DNA of 64,000 nucleotides from Caenispirillum bisanense (GCA_945877815.1 CAMDWJ010000008.1:51936-115935), one strand, 5' to 3'; numbered from the stretch's first letter, positions 20,247 through 31,598 are shown. Notes: a model not told the origin generated them from the letters alone. Made by a program: numbers and translations.

Positions 20247-21054
20247 CGACGCCAACGACAAATATCCCGGCTTCGTCGGCCGCGCGTACCACCTCGGGAA
20301 AATCGACCACCAACGCATTTCCGGCTTCTACCGCGATGCCCGTAAGTCCGAGTTTCACGGCGAGCCTGACCGTATCGGGCCCAATGGACGGAAGATCGAT
20401 GCGCATATCCTGCTGTGGCTTGCGCATCTTGACGAGAACGCCGCCGCCGCCGGCCAACAAGCCGGCACTTTGCATTAACATTGCGTCGGTGCCGTCCGGT
20501 CCTTCGCGGGCGATGACCGCACCGCTTCGCACGAGGACGGCTTGCCCGAGATCGCGGGCACCCAAGTCACGGGCCGCCTTCATGCCCTCCGTCACGTCGC
20601 GCGCACCGGCGGAATCAGGTGACACACGTCCAAAAGCACCTGCAGGTGCCAAGAGCCCTTCCATCACCTCTTGAATTCCGCAAACACGGAATCCTTTCCC
20701 TTCGAGCACTTTCGCGACGGCGCGCAACAACGCATCATCCCCACCTAAAAAACACCGCCAAATTCCGGCAAGAATCCGCAGGCCCTGCCAATCGGGCCGA
20801 AGGTCGCGCAATCGCGGCCGCTTAATCCAGCCAACCATGACGAGATCGCGCGCAACATTGGCTCGCAGCGCATTTATGATTGAGCCGGCGGCGCCGAGAC
20901 GGAACCAGCCGTGTGGTGCATCCCGCACCGTATCGACGTCGCAATGTCCGTTGAAAGCGACCACAAAGTACGGTCGTCCCGTCGCGCGGCAATGTTCGAT
21001 AAGCCGGGCGGGTAAAATCCCTCCCCCGGCAAGTATGCCGAGCTTAGGCTGCAT
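20230..21054 (-). CDS. lpxI: UDP-2,3-diacylglucosamine diphosphatase LpxI (DUF1009)
   Basis: 274 aa starting [15 protein letters not shown]..., located between lpxA and lpxB as in alphaproteobacteria. Confidence 0.85.
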   Translation of the reverse strand: MQPKLGILAGGGILPARLIEHCRATGRPYFVVAFNGHCDVDTVRDAPHGWFRLGAAGSIINALRANVARDLVMVGWIKRPRLRDLRPDWQGLRILAGIWRCFLGGDDALLRAVAKVLEGKGFRVCGIQEVMEGLLAPAGAFGRVSPDSAGARDVTEGMKAARDLGARDLGQAVLVRSGAVIAREGPDGTDAMLMQSAGLLAGGGGVLVKMRKPQQDMRIDLPSIGPDTVRLAVKLGLTGIAVEAGNALVVDFPEVVRAADEAGIFVVGVDAQRA

Positions 21055-21844
21055 CCTCTAGCAGAGGCTGGCAGATCGATCGGTTGGATTCTCCGCCCAT
21101 AAACTGAACGATCTCCATCACCGGCTCGACGGTGGTGAAGAGATCGGCAACGTCAGCAAGACGCTCGGCCTGCGTGCCTTCCTGGGCGAAGATCAGCCGA
21201 TAGGCGCGTCGTAGATCGTGAATCACATCGCGCGAGAAATTGCGCCGTTTGAGCCCGACCAGATTGAGCCCAGCCAGATGTGCCCGATTGCCGACTACCG
21301 ACCCATACGGGATGACGTCGGCCTCGACGCCCGACATGCCGCCGATCATCGCGTGGCGGCCGATGCGAACGAATTGATGGACAGCCGAGAGCCCGCCGAT
21401 GATCGCCCAATCGCCGATCTGGACATGGCCACCCAGGGTCGCATTGTTCACCAAGATCACGTTATCGCCGATGACACAATCATGCGCGACATGTGCGCTC
21501 ATCATCAGCAGGCAGTTGTCGCCGACACGGGTCAGCATGCCGCCGCCCTCGGTGCCGGGATTTACCGTCACATGCTCGCGCAAGATAGTGTTGCGGCCAA
21601 TCTCTAGACGGGACGGCTCGCCGTGATATTTCAGGTCTTGCGGCTGATGGCCGACCGAGGCGAACGGAAAGACCAAAGAGTTCTCGCCGATCTTGGTGCG
21701 TCCGGTCACGACGACATGAGACAGCAACTTAACGCCGGTCTCGATCACGACATGAGAGCCAATAACGCAATATGGGCCGATGGTAGCGCCTTCGGCGATT
21801 TCCGCGCCGCGCTCGACGACAGCTGTCGGGTGAATATCGGTCAT
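21044..21844 (-). CDS. lpxA: acyl-ACP--UDP-N-acetylglucosamine O-acyltransferase
   Basis: 266 aa from ATG 21844 ([16 protein letters not shown]), with an ATGA overlap onto the fabZ stop. It has hexapeptide repeats plus the LpxA C-terminal helical domain. Confidence 0.95.
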   Translation of the reverse strand: MTDIHPTAVVERGAEIAEGATIGPYCVIGSHVVIETGVKLLSHVVVTGRTKIGENSLVFPFASVGHQPQDLKYHGEPSRLEIGRNTILREHVTVNPGTEGGGMLTRVGDNCLLMMSAHVAHDCVIGDNVILVNNATLGGHVQIGDWAIIGGLSAVHQFVRIGRHAMIGGMSGVEADVIPYGSVVGNRAHLAGLNLVGLKRRNFSRDVIHDLRRAYRLIFAQEGTQAERLADVADLFTTVEPVMEIVQFMGGESNRSICQPLLEDAA

Positions 21845-22308
21845 GGCGTACCGATCATTGCTGTGAATGTGGATTCGGCGACAATGGCGCCGTCGACCCT
21901 GGCGACGCCGCTGAATTTCCACACATTGCCGCGCTTCTGCTTCTTCTCGACATGAAGCTTGATCGTGTCGCCAGGTACAACTGGCTTTCGGAACCGCGCA
22001 CCTTCGACGGACATGAAATAAACGAGCTTTCCCTGATCCTCATCGCCTAAGGAATAGGCTACGAGCGCGCCTGCGGTTTGCGCCAGGGACTCGATTATCA
22101 AGACGCCGGGCATGATAGGTTGAGTGGGAAAATGTCCAAGAAAAAACGGCTCGTTCGCTGTTACGTTCTTGATACCGACGGCGCTCTCACCCACCACGAT
22201 CTCGGTCAAGCGATCGACAAGCAGAAACGGATAGCGATGCGGGATAAGCCGCTTAATATGTTCAATATCAAGCGTCGCGGGACCGCCGGATCGTGCTTCG
22301 GAGTCCAT
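21841..22308 (-). CDS. fabZ: 3-hydroxyacyl-ACP dehydratase
   Basis: 155 aa with motifs [24 protein letters not shown] and ESLAQ. Confidence 0.95.
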   Translation of the reverse strand: MDSEARSGGPATLDIEHIKRLIPHRYPFLLVDRLTEIVVGESAVGIKNVTANEPFFLGHFPTQPIMPGVLIIESLAQTAGALVAYSLGDEDQGKLVYFMSVEGARFRKPVVPGDTIKLHVEKKQKRGNVWKFSGVARVDGAIVAESTFTAMIGTP

Positions 22309-22311
22309 GAT

Positions 22312-23334
22312 CTAACGACCTTCCTTCGATTTGCGCAGCCGGTTCAAGAATGCAAGATTGCGCCAATGTTCACGCGATTCCATCGCAGGCGTGCCGGCGA
22401 CCGATACTCTGGCCGCTATATCATGGGTAACGCCGCTCTGCGCTGAAATACGCGCACCGTCACCAATGGTCAGATGTCCGATCAACCCGGCCTGTCCACC
22501 AATCATCACGTAATCACCGAGCGTGGTGCTTCCCGATATTCCAACTTGCCCAGTAATCAGGCATCCTTTTCCTATGATAACGTTATGTGCGATGTGCACC
22601 AAATTATCAATCTTGGTACCGTCTCCAACGACAGTATCGGGTGCGGCCCCTCTATCGATCGCGGAATTCGCGCCGATCTCGACATCATTACCGATGATCA
22701 CTCTGCCGAGTTGCGGAACTTTCGTGTGAATTCTGCCGGGCGCGAAGCCAAATCCGTCCTGTCCGATACGCACCCCCGGATGAAGGATGACACGGTCACC
22801 GACATCACAGTGGGTTAGAGTGCAATTGGATCCTATCGCGCAATTGGCGCCGATTCGCACTCCGTCGCCGATGACAGTGTTCGCGCCGATTGATGTTCCG
22901 AATCCGATCTCACATTCCTCGCCGACGACGACACCCGGCGCGATGGCTGCGCCGGTCGCGATACGGCTGGTGACAGCGATTGAAGCACTGGTGGCTATCG
23001 CGGGCGTGCGCCTCATAACCGGATAAAAGGCCTGAGCCACGAGTGCATAACTGCGATAGGGAGTCTTCGTGATCAACAGCGCCGCTGAGGCGGGCGCGCG
23101 CTCGACAAGATCGGGCGCCGTCAAAATCACCCCAGCGCGCGATGCTACAAAATCGGAAACATAGCGGCGATTATCGATGAAGCTGACATCCTCGGCTTCA
23201 GCGACCGTCAATGCCTTCACGTCGGAATACAATTTTCCGGAATCGCCACTGCCACCGATTTCAGCTTCTGCGATCCGCGAAAGATCTTTCAGACTGAATG
23301 GACCCGCTTTATCGAAGAAACGGGCATCCGCCAT
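22312..23334 (-). CDS. lpxD: UDP-3-O-acylglucosamine N-acyltransferase
   Basis: 340 aa with the LpxD N-terminal domain followed by a long left-handed beta-helix of hexapeptide repeats. Confidence 0.95.
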   Translation of the reverse strand: MADARFFDKAGPFSLKDLSRIAEAEIGGSGDSGKLYSDVKALTVAEAEDVSFIDNRRYVSDFVASRAGVILTAPDLVERAPASAALLITKTPYRSYALVAQAFYPVMRRTPAIATSASIAVTSRIATGAAIAPGVVVGEECEIGFGTSIGANTVIGDGVRIGANCAIGSNCTLTHCDVGDRVILHPGVRIGQDGFGFAPGRIHTKVPQLGRVIIGNDVEIGANSAIDRGAAPDTVVGDGTKIDNLVHIAHNVIIGKGCLITGQVGISGSTTLGDYVMIGGQAGLIGHLTIGDGARISAQSGVTHDIAARVSVAGTPAMESREHWRNLAFLNRLRKSKEGR

Positions 23335-23337
23335 GGA

Positions 23338-23985
23338 CTATTTCTTTTTCGGTTCCGATGATTTTGCGGCTGCCGGAGCCTTTGCCTTGGTGGCCTGGGA
23401 CTTTTCCGCCTGCACGATATCATTGGGTATTTGAAATTTCGGCGCATTCTTGTTTATGCGTTCGAGGAGAAATTTCGTGATATCGAGAAAATCCGCAACT
23501 GTCAGGACCTGGCTGCGTCGCAAGATGAGCGTGAATTGCTGCTCCTTGGTGATATCCACCAAAGCCTTGTTCAGTTCCGTATTGAACGCATTGCGAACAT
23601 AGATACGGACACGATTAAAATGATCGTTCCGATCTTGAATATTCTTCTGAAAGCTCAGCTCGCGCTCGCGAAATTTGCGGACCTCTTGTTCAAACGCATC
23701 GGGCGCCATAAGCACCTTTTGACGCTGCAAATCCTCATTCGCTTTGCGCAACGAGGCTTCTTCCTGTTTCACTTCTTCGGAAAGCTTCATCCGCAACTGA
23801 TTGATCTGCGCGGTGATGTCCTTATTCATCAATGACTCGCGCTCAATCTCTTCGACGTCGACGACGCCAAATTTTACGACGCGCGTTTGATCTTGTGCAA
23901 AAGCGGATGGCGAAAGCAGCAAAGCAGATAGCAGGAGTACAGCACCGAAGGCACGCACGGCGGATACGAGGAATAAGGGTTTCAT
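23338..23985 (-). CDS. skp: OmpH/Skp family periplasmic chaperone
   Basis: 215 aa with a signal peptide ending AFAQ and a Lys/Glu/Gln-rich coiled-coil body. It sits between bamA and lpxD. Confidence 0.8.
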   Translation of the reverse strand: MKPLFLVSAVRAFGAVLLLSALLLSPSAFAQDQTRVVKFGVVDVEEIERESLMNKDITAQINQLRMKLSEEVKQEEASLRKANEDLQRQKVLMAPDAFEQEVRKFRERELSFQKNIQDRNDHFNRVRIYVRNAFNTELNKALVDITKEQQFTLILRRSQVLTVADFLDITKFLLERINKNAPKFQIPNDIVQAEKSQATKAKAPAAAKSSEPKKK

Positions 23986-23987
23986 GC

Positions 23988-26267
23988 TTAAAATCTGGTT
24001 CCAAAGTTGACGCGCAGAAGTTCAGCCTTGTCGAAATCTTCTTTTACGATCGGCACGCCAATATCGATGCTGATCGGCCCGAATGGGGAGGCCCAGCCCA
24101 CGCCGAAACCAGCCGATGCGCGAATGGCTCCTGAATCAGACACGGTGGGATTGGATGGGTTAACGCCCCCGGCACTGCCGAAATCCGTGAACAAGCGTCC
24201 GGAAATTCCGAGTTCCTCAGGCAATCCCAACGGAACCTTCAACTCTACGGAACCGTTGTAAACCCATTCACCACCCAGCGAGTCCTTGGTGGCCAAATCG
24301 CGAGGACCTGCGCCGGCCGACTTGAAGGCTCGCAGCGTTTCTCCGCCAAGGAAGAAGCGGTCTCCGATATTTACGTCTTCGCCAAGGCCCAAAATATAAC
24401 CCGTACGCCCATTGATCGACAGGATGTATTGCGGTGCCAAGGGATAGAACTGCGAGGCGCTAAGGACCGTACGTAAGTAGTGCACCGTGCCGCCAAGTCC
24501 AGCAACGTCGTTCGCGACGCGACCAATGAACCCTTCGGTCGGATTGATCTTACTATCGCGCCGGTCATAGGTAGTTACTTGCCCGACTTCGGAAACGTAG
24601 CGTTCGCCTTCCTGCTGTCGGACCAATGCGGACGCACCAGCGCGAACATTGTCGATTTCGCGATATCGGAAGCCATATTTGAGATTTTGACGCCAATATT
24701 CGCTCAACTGGTATCCGAGGCGCGCGGCCGAACCAGTTTCCCGCGTATCGTAGGAACGGCTGCTTTGAAGATCGCTCCTCGTATGGAAGACGTCGACACC
24801 GGCAGAAAGTTCCCGGTCCATGAAATATGGCTCTGTGAAGGACGAGCTGATCTGCGTCCGTTCGCCGGCAATCGTGGCATTGGCCGAAAGCGTTTGCCCG
24901 CGTCCCAACAGATTTCGTTCGCGAACCCCAACATCGAGCAAAGGCCCTTGGTCGGTCGCGTAACCAACACCGAGCGAGAGCGAGCCGGTCGATTTTTCCT
25001 CGACCTCGACCTTGACGACCGATTTGTCGGGGGCATTGCCAGGCACGTTCTGCACATCGACCTTGCCGAAGAAATCGAGATCTCGGATGCGCTGACGCGA
25101 ACGGCGAACCTTGGCCGCGTTGAACGCGTCGCCCTCGACCAATTGCACTTCGCGACGGATCACCTTGTCGATCGTTCGTACATTGCCCGAAATGTCGATC
25201 CTCTCGACGAAGACTCGCGGCCCTTCATTGATATCGTACGTTAAATCGACTGTTTGGGCCTCGCGGTTGCGATTGACGCGAGGACGCACCTCGACGAAGG
25301 CATATCCGCGCGTGCCGACTTCGTCCGCCAGCTTGGTTTGGGCGGCGTCAACGGCATCGCTATTGTACCAATCGCCCTTACTGAACTTCACTGTCGGCAG
25401 CAAATCGTCGCGGCTCAATCCGCGCAATCCAACGGCAACGTCGATATTGCCGAACTTGTAGCGTGGACCTTCGTCGACAGTGAACGTCAAAAAGAATTTG
25501 GTGCGATCTGCGGTAAGCTCGGCGACCGCGGATTCGACACGCACGTCGGCATAGCCTTCTTTGAGATAAAAGCGTCGCAGCAATTCACGATCGAAGGTCA
25601 CCCGATCAGGATCGTAGATGTCGTAGTTCGATAAGATTCGATAAAATGCGGCCTCCTTGGTTTTAACGACATCCCGGAGGTCGGAATCACTCATCACCTT
25701 GTTGCCGACGAAGCGGATTTTCTCGACCTTCGTCAGTGCGCCTTCGTCGATTTCAAAGACAAGGTCGGCGCGATTCTGATCGAGTTGAATGATTTTCGGC
25801 TCGACGGTCGCCGCGAAACGGCCGTTGACGCGATATACGTCGAGAATACGCTTAACGTCATTCTGCACTTTGGTACGCGTGAAGACGACTCGAGGACGCA
25901 ACGACACCTCGGCCAACAATGTCGCCTCTTCGACGCGCTTATTGCCCTCGAAAGCGATGCGGTTGATCACCGGATTTTCGACGACGTTCACGACCAGAGC
26001 GCGGCCGTTACGGGTGATCGTCACGTCGGCAAACAGGCCTGTTGCGAACAGGCTTTTCAGAGATTGATCGATCCGGCGCGGATCGAAGGGGTCGCCTTCC
26101 TGCAAAAGCAGATAGGAGCGTACGGTTTCGCGTTCGACGCGTTGGGTCCCCTGGACGACGACCTCGCCCACCGTGTCGGAGGCACCTTGCTGCGCGAACG
26201 CATCCAAGGGCCGCACCAGGACGAGAGCCACCAGAACCACTAACCACAGGATGCGTACGCCCAACAA
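23988..26267 (-). CDS. bamA: outer membrane protein assembly factor BamA
   Basis: 759 aa with a signal peptide, POTRA repeats and a C-terminal beta-barrel ending ...RVNFGTRF. The track start is a TTG. Confidence 0.95.
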   Translation of the reverse strand: MLGVRILWLVVLVALVLVRPLDAFAQQGASDTVGEVVVQGTQRVERETVRSYLLLQEGDPFDPRRIDQSLKSLFATGLFADVTITRNGRALVVNVVENPVINRIAFEGNKRVEEATLLAEVSLRPRVVFTRTKVQNDVKRILDVYRVNGRFAATVEPKIIQLDQNRADLVFEIDEGALTKVEKIRFVGNKVMSDSDLRDVVKTKEAAFYRILSNYDIYDPDRVTFDRELLRRFYLKEGYADVRVESAVAELTADRTKFFLTFTVDEGPRYKFGNIDVAVGLRGLSRDDLLPTVKFSKGDWYNSDAVDAAQTKLADEVGTRGYAFVEVRPRVNRNREAQTVDLTYDINEGPRVFVERIDISGNVRTIDKVIRREVQLVEGDAFNAAKVRRSRQRIRDLDFFGKVDVQNVPGNAPDKSVVKVEVEEKSTGSLSLGVGYATDQGPLLDVGVRERNLLGRGQTLSANATIAGERTQISSSFTEPYFMDRELSAGVDVFHTRSDLQSSRSYDTRETGSAARLGYQLSEYWRQNLKYGFRYREIDNVRAGASALVRQQEGERYVSEVGQVTTYDRRDSKINPTEGFIGRVANDVAGLGGTVHYLRTVLSASQFYPLAPQYILSINGRTGYILGLGEDVNIGDRFFLGGETLRAFKSAGAGPRDLATKDSLGGEWVYNGSVELKVPLGLPEELGISGRLFTDFGSAGGVNPSNPTVSDSGAIRASAGFGVGWASPFGPISIDIGVPIVKEDFDKAELLRVNFGTRF

Positions 26268-26291
26268 AACTCCCCCCGCGAATCCAATGGG

Positions 26292-27470
26292 TTAGGTCAA
26301 TAGGTTAGCAATAAACTCGAAAAACTTAAGATGCACAAGATCATTCCACGTGGCGAACACGAATAGCGCCAGAACCAACACTAATCCCAAGCGGAAACCG
26401 TACTCCTGGGCACGCGCTCCCAGCGGGCGTCCGCGAATCGCCTCGATTGCATAAAAGGCAAGATGCCCTCCGTCGAGCAACGGTACGGGAAACAGATTGA
26501 TCAAACCTAAATTTATCGACAGCACAGCCAAAAATGTGACGTAGTTCGCAATCCCCAATTCGGCGACCTGGCCCGACATCTGGGCGATCCGCAAAATCCC
26601 CCCGACTTCCTCGGCCGATTGCGTGCCGACGACGACATCGCGGATATAAGCGAGGATGCGGACAGTCACAACATAGGTACGCTCTATTCCCATCCAAATG
26701 GCTTGATGGGGCGCCTGACGAACATATTCTATCGGACCGGGATCCGCCGTCACACCCAACTGACCGCGGGTTATCTTGCCGCCGGACCGTTCCGAAATCT
26801 CGCGGGCGCTCGGAACGACGGTTAAACGAAGTTCGGAACCGTCACGAACCAAAGTCAGGGGCAACGACATCGCCGGACTAGCTTGAACAATCCGCTGAAG
26901 ATCTGAAAAAAGTGTGATCTTTTCGTCGCCGGCGACAACAACGCGATCACCGACTTTGAGACCGGCCTTTTCGGCAGCGCTACCCGGCGCGATGCTCCCG
27001 ATGATAGCCGGCAAGGGTGCGGTCGTATCCGTCTGAGGCATGCCGACGGCCATAAACAATATGGCGAAGGCGATGATCGCAAAAATATAGTTTACCAATG
27101 GGCCAGCGACAACGATTGCCGCGCGCTGGGCGATCGATTTGTGGTGGAATGAAACGGCGACTTCTTCGGGGGTCAGTGGTCGTTGATCTTTAGTCACTTC
27201 GTCGGCGATGGTTTCGCTTTCACCGAACATTTTGACATAGCCGCCCAATGGAATAGCGCATATCTTCCAGCGGGTTCCTGCCCGATCTGTCCAACCTTTG
27301 AGTTCCGTGCCGAAGCCGATCGAGAAAACCTCGACGCGTACGCCGTTCCAACGAGCGACCAAATAGTGGCCGAGTTCGTGAACGAAGACGAGAACGCTCA
27401 ACGCCACCAAGAACGGGACGCCGATCTCCCAGATAAAGCTAACGTTCGACATGAATGACGACGCTTCCAT
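26292..27470 (-). CDS. rseP: RIP zinc metalloprotease RseP
   Basis: It carries HELGHY in the first TM, a PDZ region and the LNLFPVPLLDGGH motif. The start is taken at ATG 27470, with an alternative at 27452. The track start 27578 overlaps dxr. Confidence 0.9.
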   Translation of the reverse strand: MEASSFMSNVSFIWEIGVPFLVALSVLVFVHELGHYLVARWNGVRVEVFSIGFGTELKGWTDRAGTRWKICAIPLGGYVKMFGESETIADEVTKDQRPLTPEEVAVSFHHKSIAQRAAIVVAGPLVNYIFAIIAFAILFMAVGMPQTDTTAPLPAIIGSIAPGSAAEKAGLKVGDRVVVAGDEKITLFSDLQRIVQASPAMSLPLTLVRDGSELRLTVVPSAREISERSGGKITRGQLGVTADPGPIEYVRQAPHQAIWMGIERTYVVTVRILAYIRDVVVGTQSAEEVGGILRIAQMSGQVAELGIANYVTFLAVLSINLGLINLFPVPLLDGGHLAFYAIEAIRGRPLGARAQEYGFRLGLVLVLALFVFATWNDLVHLKFFEFIANLLT

Positions 27471-27505
27471 AATTTGTCCGATACTCGATCTCGAAATAAG
27501 GACGA

Positions 27506-28702
27506 CTAAACGGCGGCAATGATATCCACAGCGAGGCGCCGGGCAGTCGCGTCGATACCAGCCACATCCTCGATACAAACGGGGGCACTCTCATTCGACC
27601 GACTTAGGGCATCCTCGACGACACGCGCGATCTCGAGGAACTTGAGTCCTCCGCTTAAGAAACGCGCTACGGCGACTTCGTTCGCCGCGTTCAGAACGAT
27701 CGGCGCCGCCCCGCCCGCGCGCAAGGCTTCCCTGGCTATCCGCAAAGCCGGAAAGCGGGTCATGTCTGGTGCCTCGAAGGTAAGATTGCCGATCGCTGCA
27801 AAATCCAGGCGGCGTGAGGGGGTCGGCATGCGTTTAGGCCAACCCAATGCGAATGAGATCGGAGTTCGCATGTCTGGGGTCCCCATCTGCGCCAGAACCG
27901 ATCCGTCAAGATAGGCCACCATACTGTGTACGACCGATTGCGGATGCACCAGGATTTCGATCTGATCTTCTGTTACAGGAAATAGGTAATAGGCCTCGAT
28001 CAATTCAAGGCCCTTATTCATCATTGTTGCCGAATCGACCGAAATTTTGGCGCCCATATCCCAATTTGGATGCGCAACGGCCTGGGCCGGTGTCACATGG
28101 ATCATCTGGTCGCGATCCAACGAACGGAACGGCCCTCCGGACGCAGTCAGGATCAATTTCTCGACCGACTGATCTTCGGCGAAATCGAAAACTTGGAAAA
28201 TTGCATTGTGTTCGGAATCAACGGGGATAAGCCGGCCGCCACCTTTTTCGACTTCCGAAATCAAGAAATCGCCGGCACAAACTAGGCATTCCTTGTTCGC
28301 GAGCCCGACAATCGCACCGCGCCGCGCCGCCGTAAGTGTCGGCTCCAAACCGGCAATGCCGACAATGGCAGCCATAACAAAATCGGTCGGACAGGCAGCT
28401 GCGTCCGCTAAAGCCGATGCCCCGGCCGCAACCTCCACACCCGTACCCGCCAATCCGTCTTTCAAGGTCGCGTACTTTTCCTCAGCTGCGATAACCGCCA
28501 ACTTCGGCCTGAAGGCGCGGGCCTGCGCGATCAGCAGATCGACATTGACATGACCGGTCAGTACGTCGACGTGGAAACTGTCCGGAGAACGTTCGATCAG
28601 ATCGAGGGTGTTACGGCCAACGGAACCGGTCGATCCGAGAATCGTGACCGAGCGAGTCTTGGATTCGCCAGACGGCATCGGACGCCCGAGTTTCATTTCC
28701 AT
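27506..28702 (-). CDS. dxr: 1-deoxy-D-xylulose-5-phosphate reductoisomerase
   Basis: 398 aa from ATG 28702, with an alternative at 28696. Motifs are ILGSTGSVG, DSEHNAIFQ and HPNWDMG. The start overlaps the cdsA end. Confidence 0.95.
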   Translation of the reverse strand: MEMKLGRPMPSGESKTRSVTILGSTGSVGRNTLDLIERSPDSFHVDVLTGHVNVDLLIAQARAFRPKLAVIAAEEKYATLKDGLAGTGVEVAAGASALADAAACPTDFVMAAIVGIAGLEPTLTAARRGAIVGLANKECLVCAGDFLISEVEKGGGRLIPVDSEHNAIFQVFDFAEDQSVEKLILTASGGPFRSLDRDQMIHVTPAQAVAHPNWDMGAKISVDSATMMNKGLELIEAYYLFPVTEDQIEILVHPQSVVHSMVAYLDGSVLAQMGTPDMRTPISFALGWPKRMPTPSRRLDFAAIGNLTFEAPDMTRFPALRIAREALRAGGAAPIVLNAANEVAVARFLSGGLKFLEIARVVEDALSRSNESAPVCIEDVAGIDATARRLAVDIIAAV

Positions 28703-29370
28703 GGCATGCTCCCCCCATGAGCCAGCCAATGGCTCGCCGCTGCAACGGGCGAAGCCAGCAGTACGCCATCGATACGATCCAGGATTCCGCCATGTCCCGG
28801 AATCAAATTTCCGGAGTCTTTGACGTCGAAACGTCGCTTCCACCATGACTCAACCAAATCGCCGATTTGCGATACGACGGAAATAACACCCGCCATCCCC
28901 AGCAGAACAATACTGGAATACGACAAATCCATGGCGCTGCCGGTCAGAAATCCGGCCGCAATGGCGCAGATAGCGCCACCGATTGCGCCCGACCAGGTTT
29001 TTTTCGGGCTAATCGCCGGCGCGAGCTTAGGACCGCCAACCGCACGGCCGATCAGATAGGCTCCGATATCCGTCGCCCAAACGACCGCAAAAAACGCAAC
29101 AACTAACCCGCGTCCCTGCTCGGCGTCGGCGCGCAGGACCAAAAGGCCGGCGCAGGCGACACCTACATAGAGAAGTCCGACCAGCGGCCAGGCAATACGA
29201 CCTGTGGCAGTCGTTTGGATATGACCATTCGCATTCGATACGCGGTACAATTCGACGACGGCGATCACGCCAATGACGAATACCATCGCATCAAAATAAG
29301 GCCAGCCGAACCAGATCGCGGCCAAAGCCGGAGGCGCTAGTACAATGGTCGAGATGAAACGAAGTAACAT
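28693..29370 (-). CDS. cdsA: phosphatidate cytidylyltransferase
   Basis: 225-aa polytopic protein with the CTP-transferase signature SxxKRxxxxKDxGxxxPGHGGxxDRxD (SWWKRRFDVKDSGNLIPGHGGILDRID). Confidence 0.85.
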   Translation of the reverse strand: MLLRFISTIVLAPPALAAIWFGWPYFDAMVFVIGVIAVVELYRVSNANGHIQTTATGRIAWPLVGLLYVGVACAGLLVLRADAEQGRGLVVAFFAVVWATDIGAYLIGRAVGGPKLAPAISPKKTWSGAIGGAICAIAAGFLTGSAMDLSYSSIVLLGMAGVISVVSQIGDLVESWWKRRFDVKDSGNLIPGHGGILDRIDGVLLASPVAAASHWLAHGGSMPWK

Positions 29371-29380
29371 CTATGCCGTC

Positions 29381-30112
29381 CTAAGTGCCGCCGAAGCGCC
29401 GTTCCCGGCGGTGAAACTCGGATACAACCTGAGCGAAATCCCGTTCCGAAAAATCAGGCCATAAGGTCTCAAGAAAAACGAACTCCGTATAGGCCATCTG
29501 CCACAACAGGAAATTGCTAATTCTCTGCTCGCCGCTCGTACGCAAGATGAGATCCGGGTCCGGAATCCCGACGGTGTCCAAACGCGCTGCGACCGCGCCT
29601 TCATCAATATCCGCGATGGACATCTTTCCATCCGCTATGTCGCGTGCAACGCGCCGCACCGCCTTTGCGATTTCCGCCCGTCCGCCATAACTGAGCGCCA
29701 CGACCAGATCGAGCTGTTGGTTCTTCGCGGTAAAGGACTCTGCGTCTTCGATCAATTTGATGATATCGGGACTGAGATCCGACCGTTCGCCGATTACGCG
29801 CAGCCGCACCCCATTTTTGTGAAGCTCCGCGATTTCGCTTTGCAGATAACGCCGAAGCAGCCCCATTAGGTCGTCGACTTCCTGGACAGGCCGTTTCCAG
29901 TTTTCGGAGGAAAAACTGTACAGAGTTAGATATCGGACGCCGTACTTAATTGCGCAACTCACAGCAGTGCGCACGGCATCGGCCCCTCGACGATGACCTT
30001 CTATACGGGGAAGGCCACGCGATTTCGCCCAGCGACCGTTGCCATCCATGATGATGGCGAGATGGATCGGAGCAGACGATCCGTCATCGGCATGTGAGGG
30101 GAGCGAAGTCAT
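29381..30112 (-). CDS. uppS: di-trans,poly-cis-undecaprenyl-diphosphate synthase
   Basis: 243 aa with motifs HLAIIMDGNGRWA, LTLYSFSSENW and RTSGEQRISNFLLWQ. Confidence 0.95.
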   Translation of the reverse strand: MTSLPSHADDGSSAPIHLAIIMDGNGRWAKSRGLPRIEGHRRGADAVRTAVSCAIKYGVRYLTLYSFSSENWKRPVQEVDDLMGLLRRYLQSEIAELHKNGVRLRVIGERSDLSPDIIKLIEDAESFTAKNQQLDLVVALSYGGRAEIAKAVRRVARDIADGKMSIADIDEGAVAARLDTVGIPDPDLILRTSGEQRISNFLLWQMAYTEFVFLETLWPDFSERDFAQVVSEFHRRERRFGGT

Positions 30113-30115
30113 TCA

Positions 30116-30676
30116 TCAAACCTGTAGTATGTCTTTCTCCTTGTGGGCGAAGGCATCGTCCAATTTGTTGACGTATTGGTCAGTCATATCCTGGACTTCC
30201 TTCGTCAACTTTTTGCCGTCGTCCTGCGAAATCTTGCCTTCTTTTTCGAGTCGTTTCAGTTCGTCCAGCCCGTGACGACGTACATTGCGGATAGCAACTT
30301 TAGCCTCTTCGTTATAGCGGCTTGCGATCTTGGTGATCTCCTTGCGCCGGTCTTCCGTCAAAGGCGGGATGGGCACGCGCACCAGTTGTCCGTCGGATTG
30401 GGGATTGAGCCCCAGATTGGATTCACGGATCGCCTTTTCGACGTGGGAAATCAGAGCGCGATCCCAAACTTGAACGGTCAATAAACGCGGTTCCGGAACC
30501 CCCACAGTACCGACCTGCGTGATCGGCATTTTTTGTCCGTAAGCGTCGACCATCAGATGTTCCAGCAAATTGGCCGAGGCACGGCCGGTCCGCAGACCGG
30601 CGAATTCCCGATGAAGAACCTCGAGTGCGCCGTCCATTCGACGTTTCATATCGGTACGTGTTGCGTCGAATTCCAT
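30116..30676 (-). CDS. frr: ribosome recycling factor
   Basis: 186 aa with typical RRF sequence (LRTGRA...LLE...V.AYG...P..Q ... IRN.RR). Confidence 0.95.
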   Translation of the reverse strand: MEFDATRTDMKRRMDGALEVLHREFAGLRTGRASANLLEHLMVDAYGQKMPITQVGTVGVPEPRLLTVQVWDRALISHVEKAIRESNLGLNPQSDGQLVRVPIPPLTEDRRKEITKIASRYNEEAKVAIRNVRRHGLDELKRLEKEGKISQDDGKKLTKEVQDMTDQYVNKLDDAFAHKEKDILQV

Positions 30677-30678
30677 CT

Positions 30679-31410
30679 CTAAGCCTCTCCCAACTCGCGA
30701 ATGATCGTCGATTTGCCACGGCCCGCCACGACCTCGGCAAATGCGCCGGGCGTGTGAATTGAAAAGACGAGAATGGGAATTCCGTTTTCGCGGGCGAGAG
30801 AAATTGCCGAGGCATCCATGACTTCGAGATCGTTCGTCAGCACGTCTTTATACGAAAGCTCTTCGTAGCGTTTCGCGTCCTTTACTTTTTTTGGATCGGC
30901 ACTATAGACCCCGTCGACTTGCGTCCCCTTCATCAGTGCGTCGCACCCCATTTCTGCGGCCCGTAACGCCGCAGCGGTATCGGTCGTGAAATAGGGGTTT
31001 CCGGTTCCGGCTGCGAAAATGACAACCCGGCCCTTTTGCAAATGTCGCACCGCGCGGCGGCGAATATAGGGTTCGCAAACGGATGCCATCGGGATCGCCG
31101 AAAGGACGCGTGTCTCGACATCGATGCTTTCGAGCACCGATTGGACGCCGAGCGCATTGATCACCGTCGCCAGCATTCCCATATGGTCGGCACTGGCGCG
31201 TTCTATGCCTGTCGCCATGCCGGACAGGCCGCGGAAAATATTACCGCCGCCGATGACAAGGCAAATTTCGACTCCCATGTCGCGCACGACGCGGACTTCA
31301 TGGGCGATTCGCTCCATCGCCTGCGATTCGAATCCGAATTGCTTGGCGCCCATCAGGCCTTCGCCCGACAATTTCAGCAATACGCGGCGATAGATCGGTT
31401 TTTCGGCCAT
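30679..31410 (-). CDS. pyrH: UMP kinase
   Basis: It starts [11 protein letters not shown] and carries IGGGNIFRG and [19 protein letters not shown] 31410 is preferred over the GTG at 31419. Confidence 0.95.
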   Translation of the reverse strand: MAEKPIYRRVLLKLSGEGLMGAKQFGFESQAMERIAHEVRVVRDMGVEICLVIGGGNIFRGLSGMATGIERASADHMGMLATVINALGVQSVLESIDVETRVLSAIPMASVCEPYIRRRAVRHLQKGRVVIFAAGTGNPYFTTDTAAALRAAEMGCDALMKGTQVDGVYSADPKKVKDAKRYEELSYKDVLTNDLEVMDASAISLARENGIPILVFSIHTPGAFAEVVAGRGKSTIIRELGEA

Positions 31411-31598
31411 GCCGTCCACTTCAGATTAACGTCCCTGCCGCGCCCCACTGGAGCACGACGCCATGCACGCAGACCACATCGGCCAGCCCGTCACGGCACC
31501 GTTAACGCAATATTCTACACGATTCCGCACGTCGTCGACCCCGAGATTTAACGGGGAATCGGGGCATTTCCCAGATATTCCGTCGACCGTGCGAAAGG

